A stretch of DNA of 64,000 nucleotides from Candidatus Latescibacterota bacterium (GTDB taxonomy: Bacteria; Latescibacterota; UBA2968; UBA8231). The notes under the pieces are model-generated. The model had not been told where the DNA came from. It saw nothing but the letters and a program-made list of their open reading frames with translations, and ran no database searches. This document shows, piece by piece, positions 47,064 to 56,690 of this stretch (its first letter is position 1; each line of letters opens with the position of its first letter). The DNA lies in the NCBI GenBank assembly GCA_965200315.1, contig OZ241362.1:2208001-2272000 (forward strand), written 5' to 3'. The position numbers were made by a program, and so were the translations under genes.

Positions 47064-48887
47064 ATGACTGCTACTCCGATCATCATGGACTGGGACCTGA
47101 CGAGCTATTTCGCTGAATTTGATGGCCCGGCCATGCGGCAATTCAAAGACAAACTGCAACGGGATATTGCAGCGGCACGTCAGCAAGCCGCCGCCTTAGC
47201 ACCGCTTGCCGAGGCCAATGCCGCCGCTTGGGAGGGCGTGTTCCTCCGGACTGAGGGGCTGACTGACCGCCTCTCCCATTTGGGCTCCTACCTCGGCTGC
47301 CTCACCGCGGCGGACGCCGACAATGAGGACTACGCCCGCGAGGAAGCCGCCTTTGCCCTGCTAGCGGCCGAGAGCGAAAAGCTCGATGTCGAACTCCTGT
47401 GCGCACTCAAGGACACCTCGGACGAAATGTTTGCCAAGTTTGTTCAACGGCCCGCCTTGGCCGACTGCGGCCACTTCCTCGGCCGCCAGCGCGAAGACGC
47501 CCAGCGCACCATGAGCCCGGAGAAGGAGATCCTCTCTGCCGACCTCGGGGTCGACGGTCTCCACGCCTGGGACCGCCTCTACGACTCAATTTCCGGCAAG
47601 CTCGAATTCGACATGGCGTTTCCCGATGGCCGCACCGAGCACCGCCCCATGTCGCAGCGCCGCGCCCTGATGGAAGATCCCGACCGCCGAGTCCGCCAAG
47701 CCGCCTTCGATGGCGGCAATCGGGCCTGGGAAACCATGGAAGACGTCGCCGCCGCCGCGCTCAACGCCATCTCGGGGACGCGGCTGACCCTTAACCAGCA
47801 TCGCGGCGTGGATCACTTTCTCGATGTCGCTCGCTTTCAAGCGTCTGTTTCGCCCAAGACCCTCGACGCGATGTTCGCGGCTATCGCCGAGCAAATCGAA
47901 CTGCCGCGCCGCATCCTCGCCCTCAAGTCGCAACTCATGGGCATTGAGGGCGTCGCCTGGTACGATCTGGGTGCGCCGCTACCGCTGCCCGACCAAGGGC
48001 AACTCTCTTGGGAAGAGGGCACGGATCTCGTCGTCCGCTCCTTTGCGGCGGCCTACCCACGCCTAGGCGAGTTCCTCGGCCAAGTCTGCGAACGCCAATG
48101 GATCGAGCACGCGCCCCGCCCCGGCAAGCGGCCCGGCGCTTTTTGCACTGGCTCGCTGTTGACCCGCGAGTCCCGCGTCTATATGACTTACAACGACACC
48201 CTCGGCGATGTGCTCACGCTCGCCCACGAGGTCGGCCACGCCTTCCACAGCTACATCATGCGCGACGTGCGCACCTACGCCCACTTCTACCCGATGACGC
48301 TGGCCGAATCGGCCTCTACCTTCGGCGAAATGATCCTCACCGAGGGCATCCTCGCCGACCCTTCCTTCAGCCCGGCCCAAAAGGCCAGTGCCCTCGACCA
48401 AGAAATTGGCCACGGCGCGATCTTCCTGCTCGACATCCCGGTGCGCTACCAGTTCGAGAAAAAGCTCTACGAGGAGCGCACCGACGGCGAACTCACGGTC
48501 AGTCGCCTCAAAGAGCTGATGGTCGAAACCCAGCGCGACGTCTTCGGCGACGCACTCGCGCAGGGGGGCGAAGACCCCTACTTCTGGGCCTCGAAACTCC
48601 ACTTTTACATCACTGGCGTGACCTTCTACAACTTCCCTTACACCTTTGGCTTCCTGCTCAGTCGCGGCCTGTATTCAATGTTCAAACAAGAGGGCCGCGA
48701 CTTTCTTCCCCGCTACGAGGAATTCCTGCGCCTCACCGGCAGCGACACGGCCGAGGGCGTGGCGCGCCGTGCCCTCGGTCGCGACCTCGAAGACACTCAG
48801 TTCTGGACCGAGGCCATCCAGACCTTGGAGGCCCCGTTGGCCGAGTTAGAGAAATTGCTACCCGAGGTTCTACCTGATCATTCGTAA
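47064..48887 (+). CDS. M3B oligoendopeptidase F family peptidase
   Basis: WDL start, KRPGAFC, HEVGHAFH, AESAS, FYNFPYTFG; SD AAGGA before ATG 47064. Confidence 0.92.
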   Translation: MTATPIIMDWDLTSYFAEFDGPAMRQFKDKLQRDIAAARQQAAALAPLAEANAAAWEGVFLRTEGLTDRLSHLGSYLGCLTAADADNEDYAREEAAFALLAAESEKLDVELLCALKDTSDEMFAKFVQRPALADCGHFLGRQREDAQRTMSPEKEILSADLGVDGLHAWDRLYDSISGKLEFDMAFPDGRTEHRPMSQRRALMEDPDRRVRQAAFDGGNRAWETMEDVAAAALNAISGTRLTLNQHRGVDHFLDVARFQASVSPKTLDAMFAAIAEQIELPRRILALKSQLMGIEGVAWYDLGAPLPLPDQGQLSWEEGTDLVVRSFAAAYPRLGEFLGQVCERQWIEHAPRPGKRPGAFCTGSLLTRESRVYMTYNDTLGDVLTLAHEVGHAFHSYIMRDVRTYAHFYPMTLAESASTFGEMILTEGILADPSFSPAQKASALDQEIGHGAIFLLDIPVRYQFEKKLYEERTDGELTVSRLKELMVETQRDVFGDALAQGGEDPYFWASKLHFYITGVTFYNFPYTFGFLLSRGLYSMFKQEGRDFLPRYEEFLRLTGSDTAEGVARRALGRDLEDTQFWTEAIQTLEAPLAELEKLLPEVLPDHS

Positions 48888-48938
48888 GAAGTCGGCAGAC
48901 TCTTCGCGCTCCAGCCACCCGCAACCCCAAGGATTCCC

Positions 48939-49694
48939 ATGTTGCGCTTACTTCTAGTTTTCCTCTTTTGCATCGGTTCAGCCCACGCCGCCGACAATCC
49001 CCCGGCCCCCGGCTTCAACGCCGCTGGTTCCGATCCCAAGGCTATCGCCTTAGCAGACGAAGTCATGGCCGCGATGGGTGGCCGCGCCAACTGGGACGCT
49101 ACCCGCTACATCACTTGGCGTTTTTTTGGTTTTCGCTTACACGTGTGGGACAAGTGGACCGGGGACATTCGCTTCGAGCAGGGCGATCTGACGGTGCTGA
49201 TGAATATCCACAGCAAAGAGGGCCGCGCCTTCTCCGCTAGGGAGGAAATCAGCGATCCCGACACGCTCGCGGCCAAGCTCGACCACGGCTACCGCTCTTG
49301 GATCAACGACTCGTACTGGCTGGTCATGCCTTACAAGCTCAAGGACACCGGCGTCACCTTGCGCTATCGGGGCCTAGAATCCACCGAGGACGGCCGCCCT
49401 GCCGAAGTGCTGGAACTCACGTTCAAAGATGTCGGCGTCACCCCGCACAACAAGTACGCGGTCTGGATCGACCAAGAATCGCGGTTAGTGACCCAATGGG
49501 CGTTCTACCGCGAGGCCGCCGACGCCGAACCGGGCTTTATCGGCCCCTGGACCAACTGGCAGCGCCACGGATCCATTTTGCTCTCCGACGGTCGCGGCGA
49601 GCGTCAGCACACCGATGTGGCGGTCTTAGACAAATTGGCGCGCTCGGTTTTCACGAGTCCGGCCCCGCTGGATTGCTCTTGCCTTCTCGAGTAA
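48939..49694 (+). CDS. Conserved secreted hypothetical protein
   Basis: Signal peptide ending AHA; AMGG..NW, WINDSYWL.MPYKL.D.GV and VGVTP.NKY motifs. Confidence 0.7.
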   Translation: MLRLLLVFLFCIGSAHAADNPPAPGFNAAGSDPKAIALADEVMAAMGGRANWDATRYITWRFFGFRLHVWDKWTGDIRFEQGDLTVLMNIHSKEGRAFSAREEISDPDTLAAKLDHGYRSWINDSYWLVMPYKLKDTGVTLRYRGLESTEDGRPAEVLELTFKDVGVTPHNKYAVWIDQESRLVTQWAFYREAADAEPGFIGPWTNWQRHGSILLSDGRGERQHTDVAVLDKLARSVFTSPAPLDCSCLLE

Positions 49695-49733
49695 ATAGGC
49701 CACTGCACTGCTAGGCCGATATAGTCAACGCAA

Positions 49734-49764
49734 AAAAGCCGACCCAGCTATTGGGTCGGCTTTT
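49734..49764. terminator. Bidirectional intrinsic terminator
   Basis: AAAAGCCGACCCA-GCTAT-TGGGTCGGCTTTT between convergent genes. Confidence 0.9.
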
Positions 49765-49788
49765 ACTTTTGCATGAGGCGCGTTCAGC

Positions 49789-49809
49789 TCAGGCTGCCCG
49801 CAGTTCATT
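49789..49809 (-). repeat. Diverged duplicate of the 3' end of the PhyH gene (55534..55554)
   Basis: Minus strand AAT GAA CTG CGG GCA GCC TGA versus AAT GAG CTG CGG GCG GCG TGA. Both encode NELRAA*; 18/21 nt identical and all 3 changes synonymous. Confidence 0.8.
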
Positions 49810-52800
49810 TACCTAGGTAGGATACGTGGTGCTAGTTCCTTCTTTAAGTTGGCGCGTGAAGAGAGCTGGACGAGGTCAAGGGTATCATTCTTATGTCCAA
49901 TTTGTACGAGCCGTGCAATCGGCCCCTCTGCCTCTGGCGAGAGACACTCTAAGTGTCCGAATACGATGACAGCATCCCGCGCTCTCGACAGAGCGACATT
50001 GAGCCGATGCCTATCGAGTAAAAACTGAACGCGACCACGATTCCTCGTCATTAGGAGGATCACAATGTCCGCTTCACCGCCCTGAACTGCATCTACAGTG
50101 GTAACCTTTATGTTGAAGTGGAAATTCGAGTTCTTGATCTCCTGATCAACAGCATTCCGCTGAGCTTTGTACGGACAAACCACTAAAACGCTCAACTCCA
50201 TATCTTTCGCCTGCCGCTGAAGGTGCCGTAGCACCGCGTGAAGTGCCTCCCTCTCTGTCCGGTTTTCTATCGACATTGAGGATTGACTCTTATATTGTCG
50301 GTAGGCCGAGACTTTCGTGAAATCGACAAATACCAATCGCTTGCTTGTTAACGTCCAGTCACCGTCTTTTCTGTGGGACTTGAGGTGCCCATCGTAAAAC
50401 AACTTGCTGACGATGTCACCGATATCCTTGTGCATACGGTACTGTGTTGTCAGCATACCTTTGTTGGAGTCGGGTAGCTGATCGAATATCTCGTGAAACA
50501 TGTTGCGCCGAAGGAGTTCCTCAACCTCCTTCAAAGATAACCTGTATCCAATACCCTCATCTAATACATCGGCTGTCACTGTTGGGGGCAACTGGTTGTG
50601 ATCGCCGACGAGAATGACCTTTCGGGCAACAGAGGCCGGAATAACTAGCTCTGCACCAAAGGCCTTTCCCGCTTCGTCAATAATCGCGATGTCGAACGTG
50701 CGATTCCATAACCCATAGTCGCGTCTAGCCATTCCGACACACGTCGCAGCATGGATCCGCCGCGGTCCCAAAAGCCACTTCGCCGCCGATTCTCGGCCCT
50801 CACGCGTGTCCAGCAACTCATTCCACCGTTTCCAAGATTCGTTCCCAAGCTCTTCTTCGTCTGGCTCCTTTTTTAAGCCCTCTAACAAGCGCGAATGCCA
50901 CACCGGCTCAAGCACGGTTCCCTCAACCCGCTCCACACTGCCGTAACGCACAACTTCCTCAGAGAGCCTGCCGGCCTTCATCAGGAGGTCGTTGACGAGC
51001 TTGTCGACCGCTACATGAGTTGGAGCTGCAATAAGAACGCTAGGCCACGTCTGTTCCTGCCCTTGCTTAAAAAGCGAAAGGAGCCAGTTCACGAGAAGCG
51101 TAGTCTTCCCAGTACCAGGTGGCCCCCAGACTGCCACAACAGCTTCATCAGAGTTCAACAACCTCTCGACAGGTGCCTTGCCGAGGTGACGGTTTTTAAC
51201 GGTATCACCTGATAGACCGAGGAGAGTCGAATGAACCCTTGCAGAAGCAAACTTTCCAAGAATGGCATGCTCAAGTGCCCTAGATAGGGTTTGCTGCTGC
51301 AAACCCTCGGCTTGTTCAATCCGGGAAAGTCCGAACGGCTTGATATCCCCAAAGTTTGCCTCAGCCGGGACGTCGAGTTCAAGACGGCAAATGCCAAGCT
51401 GTCGGTCTTTCCATTTGGCACGTTTCACCTTCCAACTGCGATCATGCCCAACTACCTGAAGTCTGGTGAACCCGTCAGCGGAAGTGGCTTCGTCAACCCA
51501 GACAGGAGGTTCGCTGTCTAAAATCGTGCCAACAACGACACGTCCACTACGTTCGCTCTTGCCAGGAAGAAAACCACAAGAACCCGTTATTTGATGGTAC
51601 TCTTGTTGATCTTGATAGATCAGTGACAGCTTCCTCAGGTGGCGGGCTGTTCTGCGTTGCAGCAGCATCTGCTTCTGACTACTGAGTTCCGCATGTATGG
51701 CTTCGACGAACAAATTGAAGAGCGAGCGATCTGCTTCTTTGTCATCTGGGGTCCCTGGAATAAAAGCGGTGATGCCAGCATGAACGCGAATGGAGATCGG
51801 CGAATCGATTTCATCGAAGAGTATATCTTCAAGGACAAATGCCTTGTGTTCTGCATCAACCGTCGTTACAAGTGTGACCTGACCCATCGTGAAGGCAATT
51901 CTGCCTGAGTCCATAAGATGTATTCGCCAAGGGGCATCAGTCTCATTGGAGATGCGTTCGTATGCCTGCACTAGGAGTGCCAACATCGCTTCGTTGACCG
52001 CCAGTAGGATAGGTGACCAGTACTTGCGGCTGCCTTCAATGCGAGGATGAAGACGAACACGAAGAGGCTGATCGCTACGTCGGTCAGCGATCTCTCGTAG
52101 CGTCCATATTTCGGGATAGACATCTGCGTTGCTCTCAGGCGTCAACCAACTATAATCTTGTGAACTCTTACACGGCAGAAGAAGTGGAGCCCCAAGATAT
52201 TCAAGTAGGATACCTTCTCTATCTCGATGAATGACCTTTGCGGGTAGTGCCCCACCACCGTCAAGCAGGTTGGCCTCAAGCAAAGCAGCACCTGTAGTCG
52301 TTACGCTTGCAACTCGCTTCTCGTGGTCAACATTGAAAAGCATTGCGCGTCCATTGAGGTCGCTGGACCAATCTTTCTCTTTGAGGCGGTAGCCATGAAG
52401 TTGCTTGGGGATCTTGCCATCAAAATGGACTAGCCCGGCCTCCCTTGGGAAGTCATTGGGTAACTCAAGGTCTCCTATACTCGGGATATTACTCTGGGCA
52501 CCACTTGCTACAGCAGAGAGGCTTCTCTTTAGCTGCCTCAAATAAGCCCGTTCCGCATTGATTTGGATCAGGGCAAGCTCGAGTTCCAAGACGATCTGAC
52601 GAAAGGAATCCCGCTCACGGCTACCGAAGGGCCTATCCAAGATTTTACGAGCTTTGGCTTGGCCAGCAACTAAGTCAGTAGCAACAGCATCTCTCATGTT
52701 GAGTTCCTGCTCAATGAAGGAATCCAAGTGATTCACGTAGTCGCTGATTAGAGGACGCCTAGCCCTTGCCTCAGCAGCATGAATTTGAGCAAGCTGTGCC

Positions 52801-52907
52801 TCTAGCGCATCAATTTCTTCCTGAACTTCGGCGGTACGACGACCGTTCCACCAGCTAACTGCACTGGCAGTGAGACTGATCCCGGCGATGGCGAGTAGAG
52901 GGACCAT
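49809..52907 (-). CDS. SF1B Upf1/DNA2-NAM7-like helicase with N-terminal hydrophobic segment and coiled coil
   Basis: GPPGTGKTT, APTHVAVD, IIDEAG, VGDHNQLPP, QYRM, TVDAVQGGEAD, RLNVALSRAR. N-terminus MVPLLAIAGISLTASAVSWW. Confidence 0.9.
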   Translation of the reverse strand: MVPLLAIAGISLTASAVSWWNGRRTAEVQEEIDALEAQLAQIHAAEARARRPLISDYVNHLDSFIEQELNMRDAVATDLVAGQAKARKILDRPFGSRERDSFRQIVLELELALIQINAERAYLRQLKRSLSAVASGAQSNIPSIGDLELPNDFPREAGLVHFDGKIPKQLHGYRLKEKDWSSDLNGRAMLFNVDHEKRVASVTTTGAALLEANLLDGGGALPAKVIHRDREGILLEYLGAPLLLPCKSSQDYSWLTPESNADVYPEIWTLREIADRRSDQPLRVRLHPRIEGSRKYWSPILLAVNEAMLALLVQAYERISNETDAPWRIHLMDSGRIAFTMGQVTLVTTVDAEHKAFVLEDILFDEIDSPISIRVHAGITAFIPGTPDDKEADRSLFNLFVEAIHAELSSQKQMLLQRRTARHLRKLSLIYQDQQEYHQITGSCGFLPGKSERSGRVVVGTILDSEPPVWVDEATSADGFTRLQVVGHDRSWKVKRAKWKDRQLGICRLELDVPAEANFGDIKPFGLSRIEQAEGLQQQTLSRALEHAILGKFASARVHSTLLGLSGDTVKNRHLGKAPVERLLNSDEAVVAVWGPPGTGKTTLLVNWLLSLFKQGQEQTWPSVLIAAPTHVAVDKLVNDLLMKAGRLSEEVVRYGSVERVEGTVLEPVWHSRLLEGLKKEPDEEELGNESWKRWNELLDTREGRESAAKWLLGPRRIHAATCVGMARRDYGLWNRTFDIAIIDEAGKAFGAELVIPASVARKVILVGDHNQLPPTVTADVLDEGIGYRLSLKEVEELLRRNMFHEIFDQLPDSNKGMLTTQYRMHKDIGDIVSKLFYDGHLKSHRKDGDWTLTSKRLVFVDFTKVSAYRQYKSQSSMSIENRTEREALHAVLRHLQRQAKDMELSVLVVCPYKAQRNAVDQEIKNSNFHFNIKVTTVDAVQGGEADIVILLMTRNRGRVQFLLDRHRLNVALSRARDAVIVFGHLECLSPEAEGPIARLVQIGHKNDTLDLVQLSSRANLKKELAPRILPR

Positions 52908-52919
52908 TTCGTTGCGCTA

Positions 52920-53342
52920 CTATTTCTTTAGTTGCACGATTTTGTCGGAGAGCTGCAACAGGTATTGATGTACCTCCTTCTTGTCATCGTCAGGAAGGTC
53001 TGGAGCCTTGGCTTTCTCCATAACATCGTCAAACAGCGACAACAGTCGCATCAGTGCTTCACGGGATTGTGCGAGCTCTTCCATTTTGGGCTTATTCTGT
53101 TCTCGGGTATCCTGCAAGTTAGCTTCCGCCTTTTGGACGTCAATCTCAGCTGCTCTGATACGTCCCTCCCACTCCACACAGGTTTTCTGAAGCTCTTTGT
53201 GGGACTTGAACACATCGCAAACAGATTGGATCGCGACAATTGCTTCCTTACATACCTGTAGCTTTGCAACCTCAACTTTCGTAGCAGCCATACCAGCGTT
53301 CTTGGCAATTTCAGCGGGGAGGTTCAATTTTTTGTCGAACAT
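52920..53342 (-). CDS. Small helical/coiled-coil hypothetical protein
   Basis: SD GAGGAG; 3-nt gap from the upstream gene. Confidence 0.75.
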   Translation of the reverse strand: MFDKKLNLPAEIAKNAGMAATKVEVAKLQVCKEAIVAIQSVCDVFKSHKELQKTCVEWEGRIRAAEIDVQKAEANLQDTREQNKPKMEELAQSREALMRLLSLFDDVMEKAKAPDLPDDDKKEVHQYLLQLSDKIVQLKK

Positions 53343-53345
53343 CGT

Positions 53346-53861
53346 TCACTCCTCTGTTTGGACCGAAGTCTCGTTATAGTTTTTGAGTCCGTGGCGAAAA
53401 TCTGTCCACGCGCCTTCCAGCGACTGCAGTTGCCTGTCAAAGGCTTCCAAGTCCGGCAGTTCAGATGAACGAATAGCCTCAAGTTCATCCAAAGTCGTCC
53501 TGTATACACAGCTACAAGCCAAGACCAACTCACCAAGCCTTTTTTGTATATCCTTTCTCTGTTTTATTGCCTCCTTGGCTAAGTCCAATTGTTCGCCGAG
53601 TTGTTGACGCTCAAGTCGTAGCCGTTTCTCTTCGTACGGAATAAATTTTTGTAATCCATCTCGATGCTCTCTAGCGGCTCTGAGATTCAGATAGGAACTC
53701 ACAGCATCCGCGACTGAAACCGCCGCCTCGATAGCCAACAAAGCAGGATTGGCTTTCGCTGCTGCTCTCGTCAGACCCGTCTTAAGACCATGCTTGGCAG
53801 CGAGTCTTGCGCTACTTGCCATGAAAGTGAGAGCGTGTCTGGGGACATGAGTTGCCATCAA
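53346..53861 (-). CDS. Helical protein with Ala-rich hydrophobic segment and coiled coil
   Basis: ANPALLAIEAAVSVADAVSSY; start overlaps the upstream stop. Confidence 0.75.
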   Translation of the reverse strand: MMATHVPRHALTFMASSARLAAKHGLKTGLTRAAAKANPALLAIEAAVSVADAVSSYLNLRAAREHRDGLQKFIPYEEKRLRLERQQLGEQLDLAKEAIKQRKDIQKRLGELVLACSCVYRTTLDELEAIRSSELPDLEAFDRQLQSLEGAWTDFRHGLKNYNETSVQTEE

Positions 53862-55429
53862 TCATTCACTCCTATAAGACACCAAGAGTCCGGAATTAAG
53901 TGCTTAGCAACCCTATCTGAAGCCACAGAGACACCATTCTTACCTATGGAGGGTAACGGAGGGAACGACGATCCCTTGAGCTTCCGCATAAAAACGCCTT
54001 CACTATCCTGCAACCGCCACAGCGTAGCTGTGTACGGTTCAAAAAACAGTGTCTCAAGAGACTCACCGTTCTTCCGTGCAACTGCATGGCATTGAACCAT
54101 AAGAAAGTTACGACATTTCGAGTTCCCATTCGCAGGGCGATATGGCTTCTCTCCAACCGGGGCGAAGACGCTCCACAGTCCGGCCAAGAGCCAGGGCTCT
54201 GGCGTGTCAATATAAACAGGCTTCCAAGGAAGTGATCCGTCGCGGCGCAGGAACACTCGCAATCGATCATCCTCTTGGAGACGTGCCAGTATCGATCGCT
54301 TATCTTCGGGGACGATACGTTCTATGAGCGTTTCAGGCAAAGCCTCATCGGTCGCTCGTAAAAACATATCCTCCGCTGGTCTGTTACGAGGCGGGCGGGG
54401 CCAATTACGAGGATGTTCGTCCTGTTCGCGCTGATCTTCGGCTAGAATAAATTGAGAGGATGGGTGTGCAGCACTCGCAAACAGGCCACGAATAGGGTCT
54501 GCATTAAGTTCTCTTGCGTGAACTACAGCCTCGGCAAGGTGCTTACCCTTCTTACTCGGACGCCACCCTTTAGCCAAGCCTTCCTCAACAAGGACTTTAT
54601 GTATCTGATCAAGTGTTAAGTATGGCAAGCCGGTAGTGGACTGAATGTCGTCCCGCGATCTTTCTGCGACGAGGTCCTCAAGGACATAAAGTACAACCGG
54701 GTCACAGCTTCGCGGTGTTTTTGCGATCGCCCATATTTTGAAGGGTAGGCTACTAAACGCGATAGAAATTTGTGGGGACTCGGGTTGTGGCAGGCACGCC
54801 CGAAGACTTCCAATAGCTCTCGCTCGCCGTTCTTTTTTATCGGTCAACCAGCCTTCAGGAAGTTCCACACGGGTGATTTTGACCTCAACTTCGTCCCCAA
54901 GAGCAACAACTTCGGAAGGATGGTCAATCCATTCCCAGCCGAGTTCCGCGATAGGTAACCAGACTCGGAAAGCACCCGAGTCTAAGATTACGCCCCGGTC
55001 CTTAAAATCGACGATCCTGCCTTTGAGTCGATCACCTTCATTCAGGCTTGAGAGTGCTGTGCGAGCTTTGGCCTCGGTAACGGCGCTGATACTTGCCTTC
55101 CATCCTTTGGGATCATGCTTGATGAGGACAAAATCGACTTCTTGCCCATCTTGAAGCACTTCGGATGGAGAATCGATAAAGCGATCTGCCATCTCATCCA
55201 AGAAGACGACGGCCGTGAGATTACTTGAGGCAACCTTGGCGAATTTATCGCCGACGTACTCGACGCGACCGCTTACGAGGTCGCCAGGGTTTGGCCCACT
55301 CCGAGCTGTTGATCTATATGGCCTATTGGATCGTGGCCTGTCGGGTCGTGAACGCTCTTGCTTAGCTTGCTTAGTAGGTTGCTCCCCTTCTCCAAAGAGC
55401 AAAGACAATAGGTTATTCCAGAGGCTCAC
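53858..55429 (-). CDS. Tandem S1 RNA-binding-domain protein with wHTH-like and unknown C-terminal region
   Basis: Two S1 repeats (GDLVSGRV...EMADRFIDSPSEVLQDGQEV; EGDRLKGRI...ELGWEWIDHPSEVVALGDEVEVKI). HTH-like DDIQSTTGLP...LVEEGL. GTG start. Confidence 0.8.
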   Translation of the reverse strand: MSLWNNLLSLLFGEGEQPTKQAKQERSRPDRPRSNRPYRSTARSGPNPGDLVSGRVEYVGDKFAKVASSNLTAVVFLDEMADRFIDSPSEVLQDGQEVDFVLIKHDPKGWKASISAVTEAKARTALSSLNEGDRLKGRIVDFKDRGVILDSGAFRVWLPIAELGWEWIDHPSEVVALGDEVEVKITRVELPEGWLTDKKERRARAIGSLRACLPQPESPQISIAFSSLPFKIWAIAKTPRSCDPVVLYVLEDLVAERSRDDIQSTTGLPYLTLDQIHKVLVEEGLAKGWRPSKKGKHLAEAVVHARELNADPIRGLFASAAHPSSQFILAEDQREQDEHPRNWPRPPRNRPAEDMFLRATDEALPETLIERIVPEDKRSILARLQEDDRLRVFLRRDGSLPWKPVYIDTPEPWLLAGLWSVFAPVGEKPYRPANGNSKCRNFLMVQCHAVARKNGESLETLFFEPYTATLWRLQDSEGVFMRKLKGSSFPPLPSIGKNGVSVASDRVAKHLIPDSWCLIGVND

Positions 55430-55533
55430 TGATCCCCCTGTTGTTATGGGGTACTTTCATCGGTAGGGTAGTGTTCTAAGAGAGTTTCGGGAGAAAGCTA
55501 TACAGTAGGGCCAGATTCTGATATGAACTAACT

Positions 55534-56346
55534 TCACGCCGCCCGCAGCTCATTCTCGGGCGCATTCTCCAGCCGCGACAGCCAGTAGGACACATCGTAG
55601 CTGTCGTCGCCGGTCAAGAAGCGCCACAGCTTGATGCGGTTGACGACCTCTAAGCGCACCTCGTTGCCGTACCAGCGATGGTTGGCGTTGAGCAGCGCGG
55701 AGACCTCCGCATCGTCGATATCGTCGGTGTTCCACAGCTTTTTCTGCCGCACCGTGGGGTTGAGCCGCAGCTTGAACATGTAGCGCTTGCGGCCGGTTAG
55801 GTTGGGCTGGGCGCAGTGCCAGATGCCGTGGTGCGCCACGGCCACCGTGCCGGCCTTGCAGACCATCGGCATCTGCCCGAGGAAGTTTTGATAGCGGGCG
55901 ATGTCCGACTCGCTGATGCGTCGGTAGTGACTGCCGGGCAGGAACATGGTACCGCCCATCTCCCTCGGCGTGTCATGAGCAAAGTAAAAAAACTGGACGT
56001 CAAAGTGCAGCCGGGTGTCGATAATCGCGTCGGCGTGCCAGATCTGCCCGTGCTGGTGGTGAGCATCAACCGTATGCACGGCGTGGTGGTCGTAGAGCGG
56101 GTCGGGGCCGACTAAGCTGTGAACGATCCCCTGAATCTGGGGCAGGCGCACCACTTGACCGATTACCGCATCGGCCCACAATTCGGCGAGCGGCGCGCCA
56201 GCGCGGCCCCGTGGGACCCCGGCTTCCATTTCCGCACATGCGGCGCGATTGATCTCGTCGGGCACCAGCTCGTCAAAGCGCAAAAAGCCATCGGCGACAA
56301 ACTGCGCCATCTGCTTGGTATTCAGGAGATATTGCTTATCGACCAT
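55534..56346 (-). CDS. Phytanoyl-CoA dioxygenase (PhyH) family Fe/2OG enzyme
   Basis: F..DGFL, WHAD, GGT.FLPGSH, G......H..IWH, R. Confidence 0.85.
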   Translation of the reverse strand: MVDKQYLLNTKQMAQFVADGFLRFDELVPDEINRAACAEMEAGVPRGRAGAPLAELWADAVIGQVVRLPQIQGIVHSLVGPDPLYDHHAVHTVDAHHQHGQIWHADAIIDTRLHFDVQFFYFAHDTPREMGGTMFLPGSHYRRISESDIARYQNFLGQMPMVCKAGTVAVAHHGIWHCAQPNLTGRKRYMFKLRLNPTVRQKKLWNTDDIDDAEVSALLNANHRWYGNEVRLEVVNRIKLWRFLTGDDSYDVSYWLSRLENAPENELRAA

Positions 56347-56620
56347 CGATTGCCTCCAGCTTTTCGAGGATGTACTCGTATTTCAGGTAGGACGTGTTGT
56401 ATTCCATGCCTGGATAGGCCGGGTACTGCTGGGGGAACTGCACCACCCGCCACCCGTCTCGCATGGCCGCCACCACCGAAGGATAGGGCGGTTCCTCGCT
56501 ATCGCCGCTGCTAGATCGGTCCTCGCCCGTGCCGTCGTACAGCGACCAAGCCACGGTTTGGCTGTGCAAATCGGGAGAATGGGCGTAGAGCACCAATAAT
56601 TTCTGCCTAAGCTGGGCCAT
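56336..56620 (-). CDS. Small hypothetical protein coupled to PhyH
   Basis: SD GAGAGG; overlaps the PhyH start; PPY.SV.AAM.DGWRV motif. Confidence 0.65.
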   Translation of the reverse strand: MAQLRQKLLVLYAHSPDLHSQTVAWSLYDGTGEDRSSSGDSEEPPYPSVVAAMRDGWRVVQFPQQYPAYPGMEYNTSYLKYEYILEKLEAIDGR

Positions 56621-56690
56621 CGCGTCCTCTCGTTAAGGGTATTCAATAATAGGACGCGACACAGCCCACAGCAATGAGCCTGTCGCCCGC

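Noticed and set aside
53858-55429. Ribosomal protein S1 (rpsA)
   Set aside because: Only two S1 repeats, followed by an unrelated region, inside an accessory island.
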